DNA of 57,390 nt, filler included, from Stramenopiles sp. TOSAG23-2 (Eukaryota), in the NCBI GenBank assembly GCA_900128395.1. It is 4 parts of 4 records of this genome, joined end to end, with 100 filler letters (N's around TTAATTAATTAA, not from the genome) between each part and the next. Parts side by side here need not be neighbours in the genome. Positions count along the whole stretch, not along the records: positions 14,410 to 28,700 come from LT649765.1; positions 28,801 to 43,065 come from LT649766.1; 2 more parts are not named here. One strand, given 5' to 3'. The translations under genes and the position numbers were made by a program. Position 1 is the first letter of the stretch; the number at the start of each line of letters is the position of its first letter. A model generated the notes under the pieces. It was given only the letters and a program-made list of their open reading frames with translations. It did no database searches and was not told the origin of the DNA. Below are positions 21,597 through 34,206 of this stretch, in pieces.

Positions 21597-23211
21597 AGTT
21601 AAAAGACTGCTGGACTGCGGCAACAAGGCAACAACACTGAAGGACTGGAAAATGAAGTTTTGAAATTTTTCATTTTAGCGTGTGGTGTAATATTTATTTT
21701 ATAATTTAGTAAAAATTTAAAAATGTATGATATACATTTTTACAATTAAAAATAATTTAAAAAACTAATTTTTTATACCCCCGTATTTTCGTAAAATTTC
21801 GTACGAATGCCACAGTTACTAACGGTACCCACCACTATGAACAACAAACTTAAATACGACTGCACTGTGATCTGTGATATGCATGTATAATTACATAATA
21901 TTTCTGATTTGTCTAAAAATCAATAATACAACCGTTCTACATCATCGATACAAACCATAATACCATGCCGACGACCATTTTTGCATTGAAAATAACGTTT
22001 TCCTTTAATCATACCATCGTTTTTACCACCACGATTTGAATCTAATTCAATACCAACAAAAATTTTATCATTATTACGTTTATAATGAACCGTACCAATG
22101 TATTTAACAATACCTTTTAAACGATAACCGTGGGTACGTACATAGTCCCCTACTTTAATATCATTGTACGCATTATATGTTGTTGTTTTTTCTTCTTCCT
22201 CATGTTTTTCTTCTATTTTCTTCATCATTAAATTATTATTATTATTATTGATTACATTGTTTATATCGTTTACTAATTGTTTACTTGTTTCAATTATTTT
22301 CAATGTTTTTTCTTTTTGAATATACAGTTAACTTGCCTGAATTATATTTAGGTGCTGTTGAAGATGAGGTGAAATACTTGGGTATTACATCTGCACTTAC
22401 CAGTTCATCATCATCATCAGGAGAAGGATCAATGAATGAACCAAAACGAAAAAAAACAAAAAGAAGTCCATAGAGTTAAAAGACTGCTGGACTGCGGCAA
22501 CAAGGCAACAACACTGAAGGACTGGAAAATGAAGTTTTGAAATTTTTCATTTTAGCGTGTGGTGTAATATTTATTTTATAATTTAGTAAAAATTTAAAAA
22601 TGTATGATATACATTTTTACAATTAAAAATAATTTAAAAAACTAATTTTTTATACCCCCGTATTTTCGTAAAATTTCGTACGAATGCCACAGTTACTAAC
22701 GGTACCCACCACTATGAACAACAAACTTAAATACGACTGCACTGTGATCTGTGATATGCATGTATAATTACATAATATTTCTGATTTGTCTAAAAATCAA
22801 TAATACAACCGTTCTACATCATCGATACAAACCATAATACCATGCCGACGACCATTTTTGCATTGAAAATAACGTTTTCCTTTAATCATACCATCGTTTT
22901 TACCACCACGATTTGAATCTAATTCAATACCAACAAAAATTTTATCATTATTACGTTTATAATGAACCGTACCAATGTATTTAACGATACCTTTTAAACG
23001 ATAACCGTGGGTACGAACGTAGTCCCCTACTTTAATATCATTGTATGCATTATATGTTGTTGTTGTATCCTTTTGTTTCTTTTCTTCTTCCTCATGTTTT
23101 TCTTCTATTTTCTTCATCATTAAATTATTATTATTATTATTGATTACATTGTTTATATCGTTTACTAATTGTTTACTTGTTTCAATTATTTTCAATGTTT
23201 TTTCTTTTTGA
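21441..23211. repeat. Tandem duplication (879 and 894 bp) of two convergent gene 3' ends
   Basis: 21441-22319 versus 22318-23211, GA microhomology at the junction. By eye the copies differ by 4 substitutions and one 15-nt indel. Confidence 0.95.
21920..22319 (-). pseudogene. 5'-less duplicate of the CAP-Gly gene 3' half
   Basis: Encodes the second CAP-Gly domain of 22797-23768 but starts at the duplication junction; the track start is TTG. Confidence 0.75.
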
Positions 23212-23768
23212 TATTTTTTTATCATATTATTATTATTATTATTGTCATTTTCTTTTATATTATTTTTCATTGTTTTTGACATTTCTTGTTGTTTTTCGTC
23301 ATCTTTAATTTTCATCTTCTTCTTCTTATTATTATTATCTACCATCATCATCATCTTCTTCATCATATTGTTATTACTATTTTGTTTCAGTTTTTTTTCA
23401 TTTAATAATTTCATTTTATTATGTATTTCTTTGATTGTTTTTATTGGTGATTGTTTTTTTATTTTTTCAACATCTTTAACACGTGCTAACATACCATAAT
23501 TATTTCTACAAGTGAAATATGTTTTACCTTTAACCGTACCATTGTTTCTACCATATGGACCATCGCATTCAATACCAACATATACTTTTTTAATATCTTT
23601 ACAATAATGAACACGTCCAATAAATCGTACTGTACCTTTAATATGTTTATGTTTTGTTTTGACACGATCACCTAAACCAATTCTATCATCATCATCTTCC
23701 TCTTCACATTTGATCACGGAATATAAATTTTTTAACCCACCATTAAATTCAACAATTAATCCACTCAT
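22797..23768 (-). CDS. Protein with two CAP-Gly domains
   Basis: GTVRFIG...VGIECDGPYGRNNGTVKGKTYFTC and GIVKYIG...VGIELDSNRGGKNDGMIKGKRYFQC, separated by a K/N/M-rich linker. Confidence 0.9.
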   Translation of the reverse strand: MSGLIVEFNGGLKNLYSVIKCEEEDDDDRIGLGDRVKTKHKHIKGTVRFIGRVHYCKDIKKVYVGIECDGPYGRNNGTVKGKTYFTCRNNYGMLARVKDVEKIKKQSPIKTIKEIHNKMKLLNEKKLKQNSNNNMMKKMMMMVDNNNKKKKMKIKDDEKQQEMSKTMKNNIKENDNNNNNNMIKKYQKEKTLKIIETSKQLVNDINNVINNNNNNLMMKKIEEKHEEEEKKQKDTTTTYNAYNDIKVGDYVRTHGYRLKGIVKYIGTVHYKRNNDKIFVGIELDSNRGGKNDGMIKGKRYFQCKNGRRHGIMVCIDDVERLYY

Positions 23769-24088
23769 ATCATTTAAATAATTAATGGAGGATATATACT
23801 ACTACTACTACCTTTTTTTCTATTTTTTCTCTTTTTTAATTTTGTTCTTACACAGAGAGTGATCCAATATAGAGGGGATAGGGAACGGGGGAACAGAATC
23901 TACTCTATAATTATAATTGTGTCGATATGCATTCCATTTATTTCATTTATTGCTGCTATCTTCTATATTTCTATATTATATTTCTTTCAATATATATAAC
24001 ACTAAAAGAGAACAGTACTCTTATCTTTTGTTAAAGAAACCACACACACACACACACATATATATACATATAATATAAAATAATCATC

Positions 24089-24370
24089 ATGTCGAAAAAA
24101 AAAGAAATTGTATTTGCAGAGGATATGACGGATGAAATGATGAACCGTGCTATTGATGTTGGAAAAGCTGCTTTTAATAACCCACAAAACCAAGGGAAAC
24201 CAAATCAACGCATAGCAACATTTATTAGGACCACGTTTGAGAAAGAATATGGAAAATCATGGAATTGCGTCGTTGGGTCTAACTTTGGTAGTTACGTCAC
24301 TCATGAAATTAAAACATATATTTATTTTAGTGTACAGCCCGGTATTAATGTATTATTATGGAAAGCATAA
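24089..24370 (+). CDS. Dynein light chain, LC8 family
   Basis: 93 aa; DMTDEM...IATFIRTTFEKEYGKSWNCVVGSNFGSYVTHE. Confidence 0.93.
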   Translation: MSKKKEIVFAEDMTDEMMNRAIDVGKAAFNNPQNQGKPNQRIATFIRTTFEKEYGKSWNCVVGSNFGSYVTHEIKTYIYFSVQPGINVLLWKA

Positions 24371-24935
24371 ATAAATACATATACATATATACATATATAT
24401 TATTACATACATATGTGTGTGTGTATTTGTGTGTGTTTTTACATCAATATTACATACATATCTATTTAAATAATATATTACAGAAATAATAATAGTAATA
24501 ATATAAAAACATGGTTAGATATATTGATAGATTGTATTAGAAGATTTATCAGTTATGATGATGTTGTTGATGAAGCAATAGAAGAAGTAAATATAATGGT
24601 TCGAACATAGAGAGAACATGTCATAAAAAAGAGGTATATAGAGAGTATATACTTGGTTAAAAAATGCTACGTAATAATGAGTCTTGAGTGTCATGAATCG
24701 TGTGTGTCCACGCTAGCGCAGCGTCAAACGTCTTAAATTATATTTGAAAATATATAAACTTTGTTGTAATTACACGGAGTATAATTATCTGTTCTCTAAC
24801 ACGTAGTTTTTACCACCACCACAACACTTTTTCTCCACCCTCTCTCCTCTAACACATCAAAATATTCGTATCCATTTTCTCGATATAACCAAGATCTTCG
24901 ACTTTATGCATATATATATATATATATATTATACC

Positions 24936-26091
24936 TCATTCAAATTCTTCTTTTACTTTATAAAATGTCGATAATAAACATTCATATCGTTTATTTAATA
25001 CAACTAATTCTTCCTCGTTTGTACATACCTTTTCACGACATTGTACAATAACAGATTTCATTTTTTCATAATTATTTTTACGCAATTTGATTTCTTTTTC
25101 AAATATTTCATCCGTTTCTTTATTTCTTAACTCAATTTGTAAACCAGCATATGGGCGTGGTGCTGCAATACATTCTTTATTAAATGTACGTAATAATACA
25201 CTATTCATAATTTCCCATGGCCAATAACGTGTATACCATAATAATGCCTTCTTATTGTTACTACTGGTTGATGTAACCTCGTCACTACTGTTATTATTAT
25301 TTAATAAAAAAAATTCCATAACATCTGCACCATTAATAATACGATATTCAACTAATATGTTCAATGTATGCATTAACATGACTGGATTTAAATGCCAAAA
25401 ATCATAAATCGCATTAACAACTTCTAAATTATACTTATTATTATCTTCATCATTTTCAATTGCAATTAAATTAATAATGAGCTCTTTAAAACGTGTTAAA
25501 CGTGAACGTAAATGTGTTAATGTTTTATATCCAGATTGTAAAATAGCAAACATACAACATCGTACATGTTCATTTGTCATTGTATTTACATTTGTTGCAG
25601 TAGTTTTGGTGGTGGTGGTCGTCATCGTCTTCGTCGTATCATCAATATCGGTGTTTTCTTCGGTGGTATCAGTCGTGGTGGTACTATCATCTGCCTCATC
25701 TTCTTTTTTACTATTATCATCATCTGCATTACCATCACCTTTCTCTTCTTTTTGTTCTTCCATTTTTTTATCCTCCGTCGCCGTCGTTGGTGGTGATGGT
25801 GCGACTGGTATCGTTTCTTTCCCTTGATATGTTAATAATAAATTTAAACTATTGATTATACCAGCATTTTTACCTGCTTTTAAATCGGATACAACCATTT
25901 CATAAAATTTACGATATAATTCATTATCGGATGATACTAAATATGGATTCTTTTGCTCACCACTACACTCATCAATATAAGAATGTAACCATGTTGAATT
26001 CGCAAATTTTGATTTCATATATTCAGCATAGGTAAGATTCGTACATTTACTACATAATGCAGCAACAAATGCAAATTGTCCACGGCGAGAG

Positions 26092-26123
<32 letters not shown>

Positions 26124-28004
26124 TATACTTGTCTTTGTGCCATCATCATCATCATCATCATTACTACTACCTTTTTCCTTCGTATCAGTCGTCGTCGTTT
26201 TATTATTATCATCATCATCTTTATTACTACTAACAAATTTCTTTTCCCACCATTGAAATGGCCAATTCCATTTAAACCTATTTAAATGCCATGCCATCCA
26301 TTGTGATAAACGATCTGCTGCAGCATCAACTAAATGTATCGTTTCACCATTAGCAGCAATATTATTTTCTACCGATCCATCCCCACGTAATAAACCTTTG
26401 CCCATACTTTCAAACAATACATTAACCGTCTCTGCTAATGCAGGTGGATATGTTTTTCTCTTTGCTTTACATAAACCAGCGATAACATTTGCATAATATA
26501 CCCATGGATGTTTGGAATTTGGTAATTGCAACATATCATGAAATATAGTTTCTAATATTAAATGTTCGGCATTGATATTTAAACTTTGTATACGTTCTGC
26601 TGCTTCACCAGACATTGGATAATACACATCTAATACTGATATAATTAATTGTTTCACGATACATTTATCAGCAATCGACAATGCATTCATATATTCAGTA
26701 CGGAATTTTGTATGTTGTTCATTTTCCTCATCATTATTCTTCAATTTGCAATCAATAAACAAACCATGACGTTTTGAACATTGTTGATATGTATCTAATA
26801 TCATATTATCTTCCTCTTTTGTTGACAATGTATAGGTATCTAATGCAATATCTTGTACATTAATTGGTTCTACCGGTATTGGACCCGTGTCCTCGTCGTC
26901 GTCATCGTCATCATCACCATTCACCGACACGTCTTCCTCCTCTTTTGCTATTTCATCGCAAACATGTTTATATAAAATATCTGCTACATTCATTAAAACA
27001 ACTTCATTTTCCCAATTCGATTCAACACGTTCATTGATGGCATCAATCCATTCTTTCAATGAATGGCTACTACTATGAATACGACCATCTTTATTAAAGT
27101 ACCACATGGATGTTTCTTTATTCATGATCAACCCATCATCCAATTTATAATCACTTGCGCTGTTACAATTGTCATCGATCAAGTTAATACCATATTTGAT
27201 TAAATTTTGTAATAATGTTGGCATGTCCTTATTTTCCATTACTTCTTTTCCACCCCATAAAATGGAACATAAAAAACAAATAGTAATTTGTTCTTTGCAA
27301 TGCGCATGTAAATGTTTACCTTGTTTTTTATTATTAATTAATTCTTTATGCAATGGTTTATAGATATATGTGACTAAATCATCCACTGTCAATACTTTCA
27401 TTTTTGGCAATATGCTTAAAAAACGCATTAAATTACATGCATTGCTATATCGTTGTTCAATAAAACATTTATTTAATTGACTCATCGTTGTTTTAAAAAT
27501 ATCATCACAAAATTCAGGTGTAACAATATTTACCATGGCAAATAAACTACCATAAATACTTGTTTTCATAGGAAATTCTTCGATGCAACGAACGAAATGA
27601 TTTGCAATAAATTTACCAATACCATCTTCAACATCAGATGCAATTGCATCACTCATAGCAACAAATTGTTTTGTTACTAAATCTTCATTGGATATATTTG
27701 GATCCGAACCTACATGTACTAATAATTCATACATAATATTTTTTGAAGTTTCATCTGGTTGGTTCATTTGTATATCTCCATCTTCATCAACGTTGTTGTT
27801 GGAAGAAGTATTGGATTGGTTTGGTGCACCGAATGTGAAATCGTTCGAAGAGGTGTTGTTGTTGTTGTTATCAATTGCATTGTTGTTGTTGGAAGAGGTA
27901 TTGCCAGGTTCAGTAGTTGTTGCATGGGAATTATTATTATTATTCTTATTATTGGTCGTATTATTTGGATTTAAAAATGCTTCATCATCTTTTTCAATAT
28001 TCAT
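24936..28004 (-). CDS. NCBP1: Nuclear cap-binding protein subunit 1 (CBP80)
   Basis: PMKTSIYGSL, ETIFHDMLQLP...VYYANVIAGLCK, WMAWHLNRFKWNWPFQWW and KTLTHLRSRL, with low-complexity insertions. Confidence 0.85.
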
Positions 28005-28487
28005 GTTTTGTTTTTCCTGTGTGTATATGAGGATGAGAAATATTAGTAATTACAAATGTTGTAAATGAATGTTAATTATGGTTCAATGTTTTTCCAGAAT
28101 TTATGACTATAACTGTATATATATATGTATACCAGAAGGTCACGCATTGCCGAGTATAATACATTGACAGACGACTTTCCGGATACAAATTCTATCTTTC
28201 GATATAATATATTATTTATAATGTATTACTATTGGATTTTTAGCAGCACTTTACAACAAATTTAGTGATGATTTGATTGATGATAAATTCATTTTTGATG
28301 GAAGTGAATGAATGATTTGGAGTTTTTAGTATTCTAAATTTCTTCAAGTATAAATTATATGTCAGTTGATAGGGTAATTAATTATGTTTTCATAGCTTCA
28401 TATATAGCGTTCAAGTACAACTATTCGATAGGTCCAATTGATTTCATCATGATTAGCATCTACATATCTACATACTGTATAGCATGA

Positions 28488-28530
28488 AGAAAGACCAACA
28501 CGAGAAAGACCAACACGAGAAAGACCAACA
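28488..28530. repeat. 15-bp minisatellite, about 2.9 copies
   Basis: AGAAAGACCAACACG in tandem. Confidence 0.85.
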
Positions 28531-28620
28531 ATGAAATCAATGAGAAAAGCCATTTTTATTACCATGCACATACCATTGTATATCAATCGATCGACATTTA
28601 CCTAGAAGATCATATATATA

Positions 28621-28659
<39 letters not shown>

Positions 28660-28700
28660 AAGAAACAATTAATAATAACAACAACAACAGAGAATTTCTT

Positions 28701-28800
28701 NNNNNNNNNNNNNNNNNNNNNNNNNNNNNNNNNNNNNNNNNNNNTTAATTAATTAANNNNNNNNNNNNNNNNNNNNNNNNNNNNNNNNNNNNNNNNNNNN
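28701..28800. other. Artificial contig linker
   Basis: 44 N + TTAATTAATTAA + 44 N. Confidence 0.97.
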
Positions 28801-28805
28801 ATATA

Positions 28806-29196
28806 CAAATAGTTTGCGATCAACATGGGCCACCTGGAAAAACACGACGCCCCCTCCCCCCTTCCCCCCCCCGCCAAAATACCTTGAAATCGTCAAAAAA
28901 TCGTGAAAATCTTTAAAATATTAAAAAATTGTATTGTTATTTTATTTTAATACTATCAAAACTTGTACTTAATTAAAAACTGCAATGTTTTAAGATTTTC
29001 ACGATTTTCTCTCACACTGCAGTTTATAATTAAGTACAAGTTTTGATAGTATTAAAATAAAATAACAATACAATTTTTTAATATTTTAAAGATTTTCACG
29101 ATTTTTTGACGATTTCAAGGTATTTTGGGGGGGGGGGGAAGGGGGGAGGGGGCGTCGTGTTTTTCCAGGTGGCCCATGTTGATCGCAAACTATTTG
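28806..29196. mobile_element. Fold-back element / probable TA-flanked MITE (391 bp)
   Basis: 179-bp inverted arms (28806-28984 and 29018-29196, two mismatches seen), a 33-bp spacer, CA...TG ends, and TA on both sides. Confidence 0.65.
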
Positions 29197-29719
29197 TATT
29201 TAATTATTTAATATATTATACATAATCACCAGAAATAATTAATACTATTATACAGACAGAATTTCATAAAATATGATATTTTAGTTTACGCATTAATTTA
29301 TTTTTTAATTTTACTCATGTTAATTCCCACTCTTCAAAAAGAATACAATAACTGAAATAATCTATCTCACACTTGTTTTTTATAATTTTTTATATGCATA
29401 TTATTAAAAATAAATTATTAAATTAAATATATATGCACAATGCACATACGCCAATGATGTTGTATCATACTCTAAAGTATTAATGTGTTGAGGTAAATCT
29501 ATGATAGCTATGTTCGTACTTTGGTATGCATACTTTAAAAAATAAATTATATAAAAAAAATTCTATTTTTATTCTATATAAAGATTTATAAATTGTGTGT
29601 ACAAAAATTGTACGCGCTCGTACGACGAAAGGTCCGTATAATAATCTTTTTATTTAAAATATATCATAATATTACGACACCGCACACACGCGTGCATATT
29701 ATCATCAACTACGTTCCCT

Positions 29720-30838
29720 CTAAATATAATATCCATTTTCCACTATCATCACATTTAAATATTTTTCGAAACAAGTATATGTTAATGAAATTGTCAAAAT
29801 TCCTAGAAGTAAAGCAATTGGTAATGCTGGTATTGCCACTCGACTTGAATTGATTGTAACAATAACTGTTAGAGATACCCCAAATATTATTGACAAAGTA
29901 CATGTGATAGCATTTGTATATGATAAAAGAGCCGCTCGCCCGATACAAACACTATAAAATAAAATGTCACCAGTACCCAAATCAAAAAAACGTGTGTGAT
30001 AAATTAAACTAGGTGGCATTTTAAAATCTTTTTCACCATTTATCAGTCTTTGTTTACGAATTGACATAATCATACCAAGTGGTCCATATTTTGATAAAAC
30101 AGCAAACAGATCCCAAATAATTAAAAGTACCATAATAGAAATAACGGTCCATTCACCGAAACAGGCGAATGGCCAACCCAGTGCAATGCTATTTATTAGC
30201 AAATATAAATTCATTATTTTTGAATAATATTCATTATTATCAATAAGTTCTTTATGATTATAATCTAATGTTAGATGTAATGTTTTGTAAAAAACACAAA
30301 CAATGCCACCAACTACGATATTGTACACGGCAAAAATAACAGTAACATAAGATAAATTTAAATGATATATTTCTACTATACGAATAAACCAATAGAGTAA
30401 AAACCCAAACTCGGCTACAAAAAAAGCTGTAAATATAATACCAAAGCCAATTTTCTGATATTGTTTTTTATATATATATAAAAATAGAAAAGTGACAAAC
30501 ACAACATACAGTAAAATATAAAATGCGTTGAATATGCTACCAAGAAATATATCTAAAGCATCCTTCTCAGTATGTACAGATGGTTCAACGTATGGCATTA
30601 AATCTTTAAACGGTTTCGAACCTTCTTTTTTCATATGTAGTGAAAAAATAAATAACAACGTAATGATAGATGTTTGTATTATTGGAATTGCCATGGATAT
30701 AATTTGTTCACATTGTTTTTCAAATATTCTAGCAAATGATGGACGATAATAATATTCTATATTAAAATCATCATTTGGTGATGGTGGTAATAATAATGAT
30801 GGCATCCAGTTTCTATTGTTGTTATTCATATTTCGCAT
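29720..30838 (-). CDS. PSEN: Presenilin-like GxGD intramembrane aspartyl protease
   Basis: IWDLFAVLSKYGPL, DLGTGDILFYS and AIPALP motifs; multi-pass hydrophobic protein. Confidence 0.88.
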   Translation of the reverse strand: MRNMNNNNRNWMPSLLLPPSPNDDFNIEYYYRPSFARIFEKQCEQIISMAIPIIQTSIITLLFIFSLHMKKEGSKPFKDLMPYVEPSVHTEKDALDIFLGSIFNAFYILLYVVFVTFLFLYIYKKQYQKIGFGIIFTAFFVAEFGFLLYWFIRIVEIYHLNLSYVTVIFAVYNIVVGGIVCVFYKTLHLTLDYNHKELIDNNEYYSKIMNLYLLINSIALGWPFACFGEWTVISIMVLLIIWDLFAVLSKYGPLGMIMSIRKQRLINGEKDFKMPPSLIYHTRFFDLGTGDILFYSVCIGRAALLSYTNAITCTLSIIFGVSLTVIVTINSSRVAIPALPIALLLGILTISLTYTCFEKYLNVMIVENGYYI

Positions 30839-31053
30839 TAGTTCCCCGGTAGCTTGGTAATTTATATTATTTTTTTATTGTTATATTGTAGTACCTGGTA
30901 TCAATAGATGCAGATCAAACAACCCAACTATTCAACTATTCTATATTCTATTTGGAATAATACAGGTATTGTAGTCTGCGTCGTACGCACGTACCACCTG
31001 ATGATGTATTAATAGTATAGCTATCCTCTTTCTCGAAAAACCCATGGCTACCC

Positions 31054-31093
31054 AGCTAGCTGGCTAGCCAGCTAGCTAGCCTTACGGCTAGCT
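31054..31093. repeat. GCTAGC-rich palindrome cluster in a divergent intergenic region
   Basis: Perfect 24-bp palindrome AGCTAGCTGGCTAGCCAGCTAGCT (31054-31077), overlapping the hairpin AGCTAGCC-ttac-GGCTAGCT. Confidence 0.85.
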
Positions 31094-31388
31094 ACAACAA
31101 AACCAGAGAGACAGAGAGAACACATCAAATAAATAGAATAAAGTATAAGGTATTATTTTTCAAAATTGCTTTCTTAATGCTATTTAATGCTATTGTGATT
31201 ATATTATTGAAATAATTATTTCAATTATTATTATTATTTCTAATACTAAGATTATTACAAAAAATAATAATTGAAAACCAGAAGTAAACTGGTAAACATA
31301 CAGTTGCAACAAGAAAGACAAAAATCATTGATACTTTTTTCTTTTGCATTACATACAGATATAAATCTTGTTTTAGTACAGTATCGAA

Positions 31389-33676
31389 ATGGATAATTCT
31401 AGCAATAGCAGCAGTAGTAGTAAATATGCTGTCGTAACAGAAAACAGTAATAATCAAATGCGAACACCAAAAAGCAAAGAATTAATTAAAAAAATGTCAA
31501 CTGATAATTTGCCAACAAAACCGTTTGAAATGTTTTATGAAGATATTGCTTTAAAACCAATAGATAAAAAAATAATCATAGAAACTGGATACGATAAGCG
31601 CTTTGTTCGTGAAGACAAAGCTGTTGTATTTAGTTTAGCAACCTTTCTAGAGGAAGGGTTAGTACAAACGTCTTTCGCTTTTTTTGGTCCACTATGTTGG
31701 CCGTAAGTAAATTCTATACCCCTTAAACCAATAAGTGATATATCCTCTCTAACTCCTTGTTTTTTCTTACGCTACGCTCCACAGATGGGCAATTCCACTA
31801 TGTACTCTTAATGGATTGAAAATTACAGGTTTTTATCCTGGAAAATTGATAAGAGGAACTTCATATGCTGGTTTCATCATGCAAACAATATCTGCATATT
31901 GTATACAGTTCCCATTATTATATTTTTTGTATTTATATTTGACGAATAACCTAGTGGTGTACCCTGAATCATCAATATTACCAACAACATATATTTTTAT
32001 TCCTATCTTAGTTATTGTGGTGAGGCAAGTTGTAATAGCAGTAAAATATTCATTTATTCCAAGACGTCGTATGAGGGAAGAACGTACTACTACTCGACGT
32101 GATGATGAAATGCAAGACGATTTACTAGGTTCATGGTTAACAGGTCCACGCGCAGAATCTTTGGCATTTCAATTGGATTTGGCTCTATGGAGAGCTGATT
32201 TAACAGGAAATGCGAGTGAGGAATATATAACTTTCGTCACACCAATTCCTAGTGAAATAATTGATGAAATCAACTTGCCGGAAATTACAGCGCCAAAAGA
32301 AGAAAAGAAAAAAAAGGCTCAGGACAAATCAAGTGAAGAAGAGGGAAAAAAGATAAAAACGAATGAGGTCAAAAAGAGTGATAATACATCTGATAGGGGA
32401 GAAAACGATGTAGATCAAAGAGAAAATATTCCTTCTTCTCCTGTTACTACAGCTATTGATATTGATAAAAATAATAATGTTGTTGAAATAAACATTATTA
32501 AAAAATCAAATACTATTTCTACAAACAAAATCCCATTGCGTATGTTGATAAAATATGCTGCCTTTAAAGGGACACAAGATGCAATGGCGCCATTTGACGT
32601 TGTTATAGCCGGTGTGTTATTATTTACTTCCGTTCCATTGATATACTTAGGATGGAATAGGATGGCATTGTTTGGAACTCCAGGAAATTCATTTGAACAA
32701 TATGTCTGTGCAGTAGGATGGATCCATTGTTTCATGACTTTAGCGTCTAATTTATTACTTTTTCCCTCTGCGCCAGATGTCATATTTAAAAGAAGCAGAT
32801 TTAGATTGCATCGTTTTTTTGAGTTACTAATACCATCAACCATTGTCGACGTAAGTTCTTTACTTAATATATATATGTATATATATATATGTATAACTAG
32901 AATTTCTTTTACTAGTAAAACATGTTTTAACAACACAAACCTTACATGTATATTTTACAACAAATTTTTACATATATATTCAATAACAACAGGCACGGGA
33001 ATATGATCCAATTCATGTGGAAAATTTATTTACACGTTTACCACCAATGCAACCTACATCTAGAAACATATTAATGTGGAATAAAGGAAGAAAAGCAATC
33101 CAAAAATTTGGGACATTTTATAGAAGACGCGCCGAAGTATTTACTGCTATGTATATTATGGTAGTCATAATATTTGCTGTTTATCAAATTGTTTCCATAT
33201 TTATTAGTACAAGTATTGGTATAACGGAATCCATGGCATTTATTACAATCATTGCATTACTGGTGACCATTGTTATTTTAAGAATGATTTTTTCTGGGAT
33301 TAAATTAAATAGACAAAGAAAATTAATGGTTGCAGCATTAAAAGATTATTTGGTACGTGTACGCCTTGGCTCCTTGGAGCAAATTGATACATATGTTGAT
33401 CGTTTCAATGCAAAAACAAACGACAACAATAATGACGATGCATTAACACTCGTTGAATTGAAAAAAAAATTAAAAGATGATTACAAAAAAATACAAAAAG
33501 ACGCAGCAGAATATCATAAAGCTATTAAATTAGTAGATGGTGTTATGGAAGCAGAAGAAGTAACAGAGAAAGCTCGGATTTTAGGTATCACTGTAGATAT
33601 ACAAATGTTAGAATTTGTTGTTGGGTTATTTGGCACAACTGCATATACCATTTATCAAAATTTATCTGGAGCATAA
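31389..33676 (+). CDS. Three-exon multi-pass membrane protein (687 aa), PHTF/7TM-ion-channel-like C-terminus
   Basis: Exons 31389-31702, 31785-32850 and 32993-33676. Both introns are GTAAGT...ACAG and splicing joins three track ORFs in frame (2064 nt). The family call is tentative. Confidence 0.8.
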
Positions 33677-34206
33677 AAAAAATGTATACTAGGTACAATA
33701 CTATTTGCATTCCAGCATTCTCAATAAAAAACAACACGATGAAAATATTATCAAAATATCAACCTCTAATACAACAACTCATGCAACTGGGAAAGGTAAT
33801 GGTATGTGCCTGCTACAGCTCGGCACACGGACGATAGTATCGGACATACTTTACGTATACTAAGAGATAGCAAAATAGTAATTAGAGATAGGGTTAGAAT
33901 TATCGATTTTCATCCAAATTGAACGCCATAGAAGAATAGTCTACTGTTGTAATACCATAAGGGTTTTGTGTTTTGTTTTAAAAAACAGAGTTTAAGAGAA
34001 AGAATGGGGAAGAAGGACGAAGAAGGGTTTATTTTACTCGTACTACCAAGAAGGGTTTAGGTATCATAGTTATCCAGTATTCTGATGCCCTGTAGGTTTG
34101 CGTAACAATACATAGTATATTTCTTCATGCTTTCTTCAAATGAACCTAGAAAAGGGTACAAAATATATATATAAACCATTAGAGCACGTCGTAAGAATAA
34201 ATTAGA

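Noticed and set aside
22285-22473. 62-aa ORF as an independent gene
   Set aside because: It is the duplicated 3' end of 20739-21596 read across the junction from a TTG.
28610-28700. (TA)n, (TG)n and (GA)n tracts, and poly-N/D/T/S codon runs
   Set aside because: Ordinary microsatellites found throughout the window.
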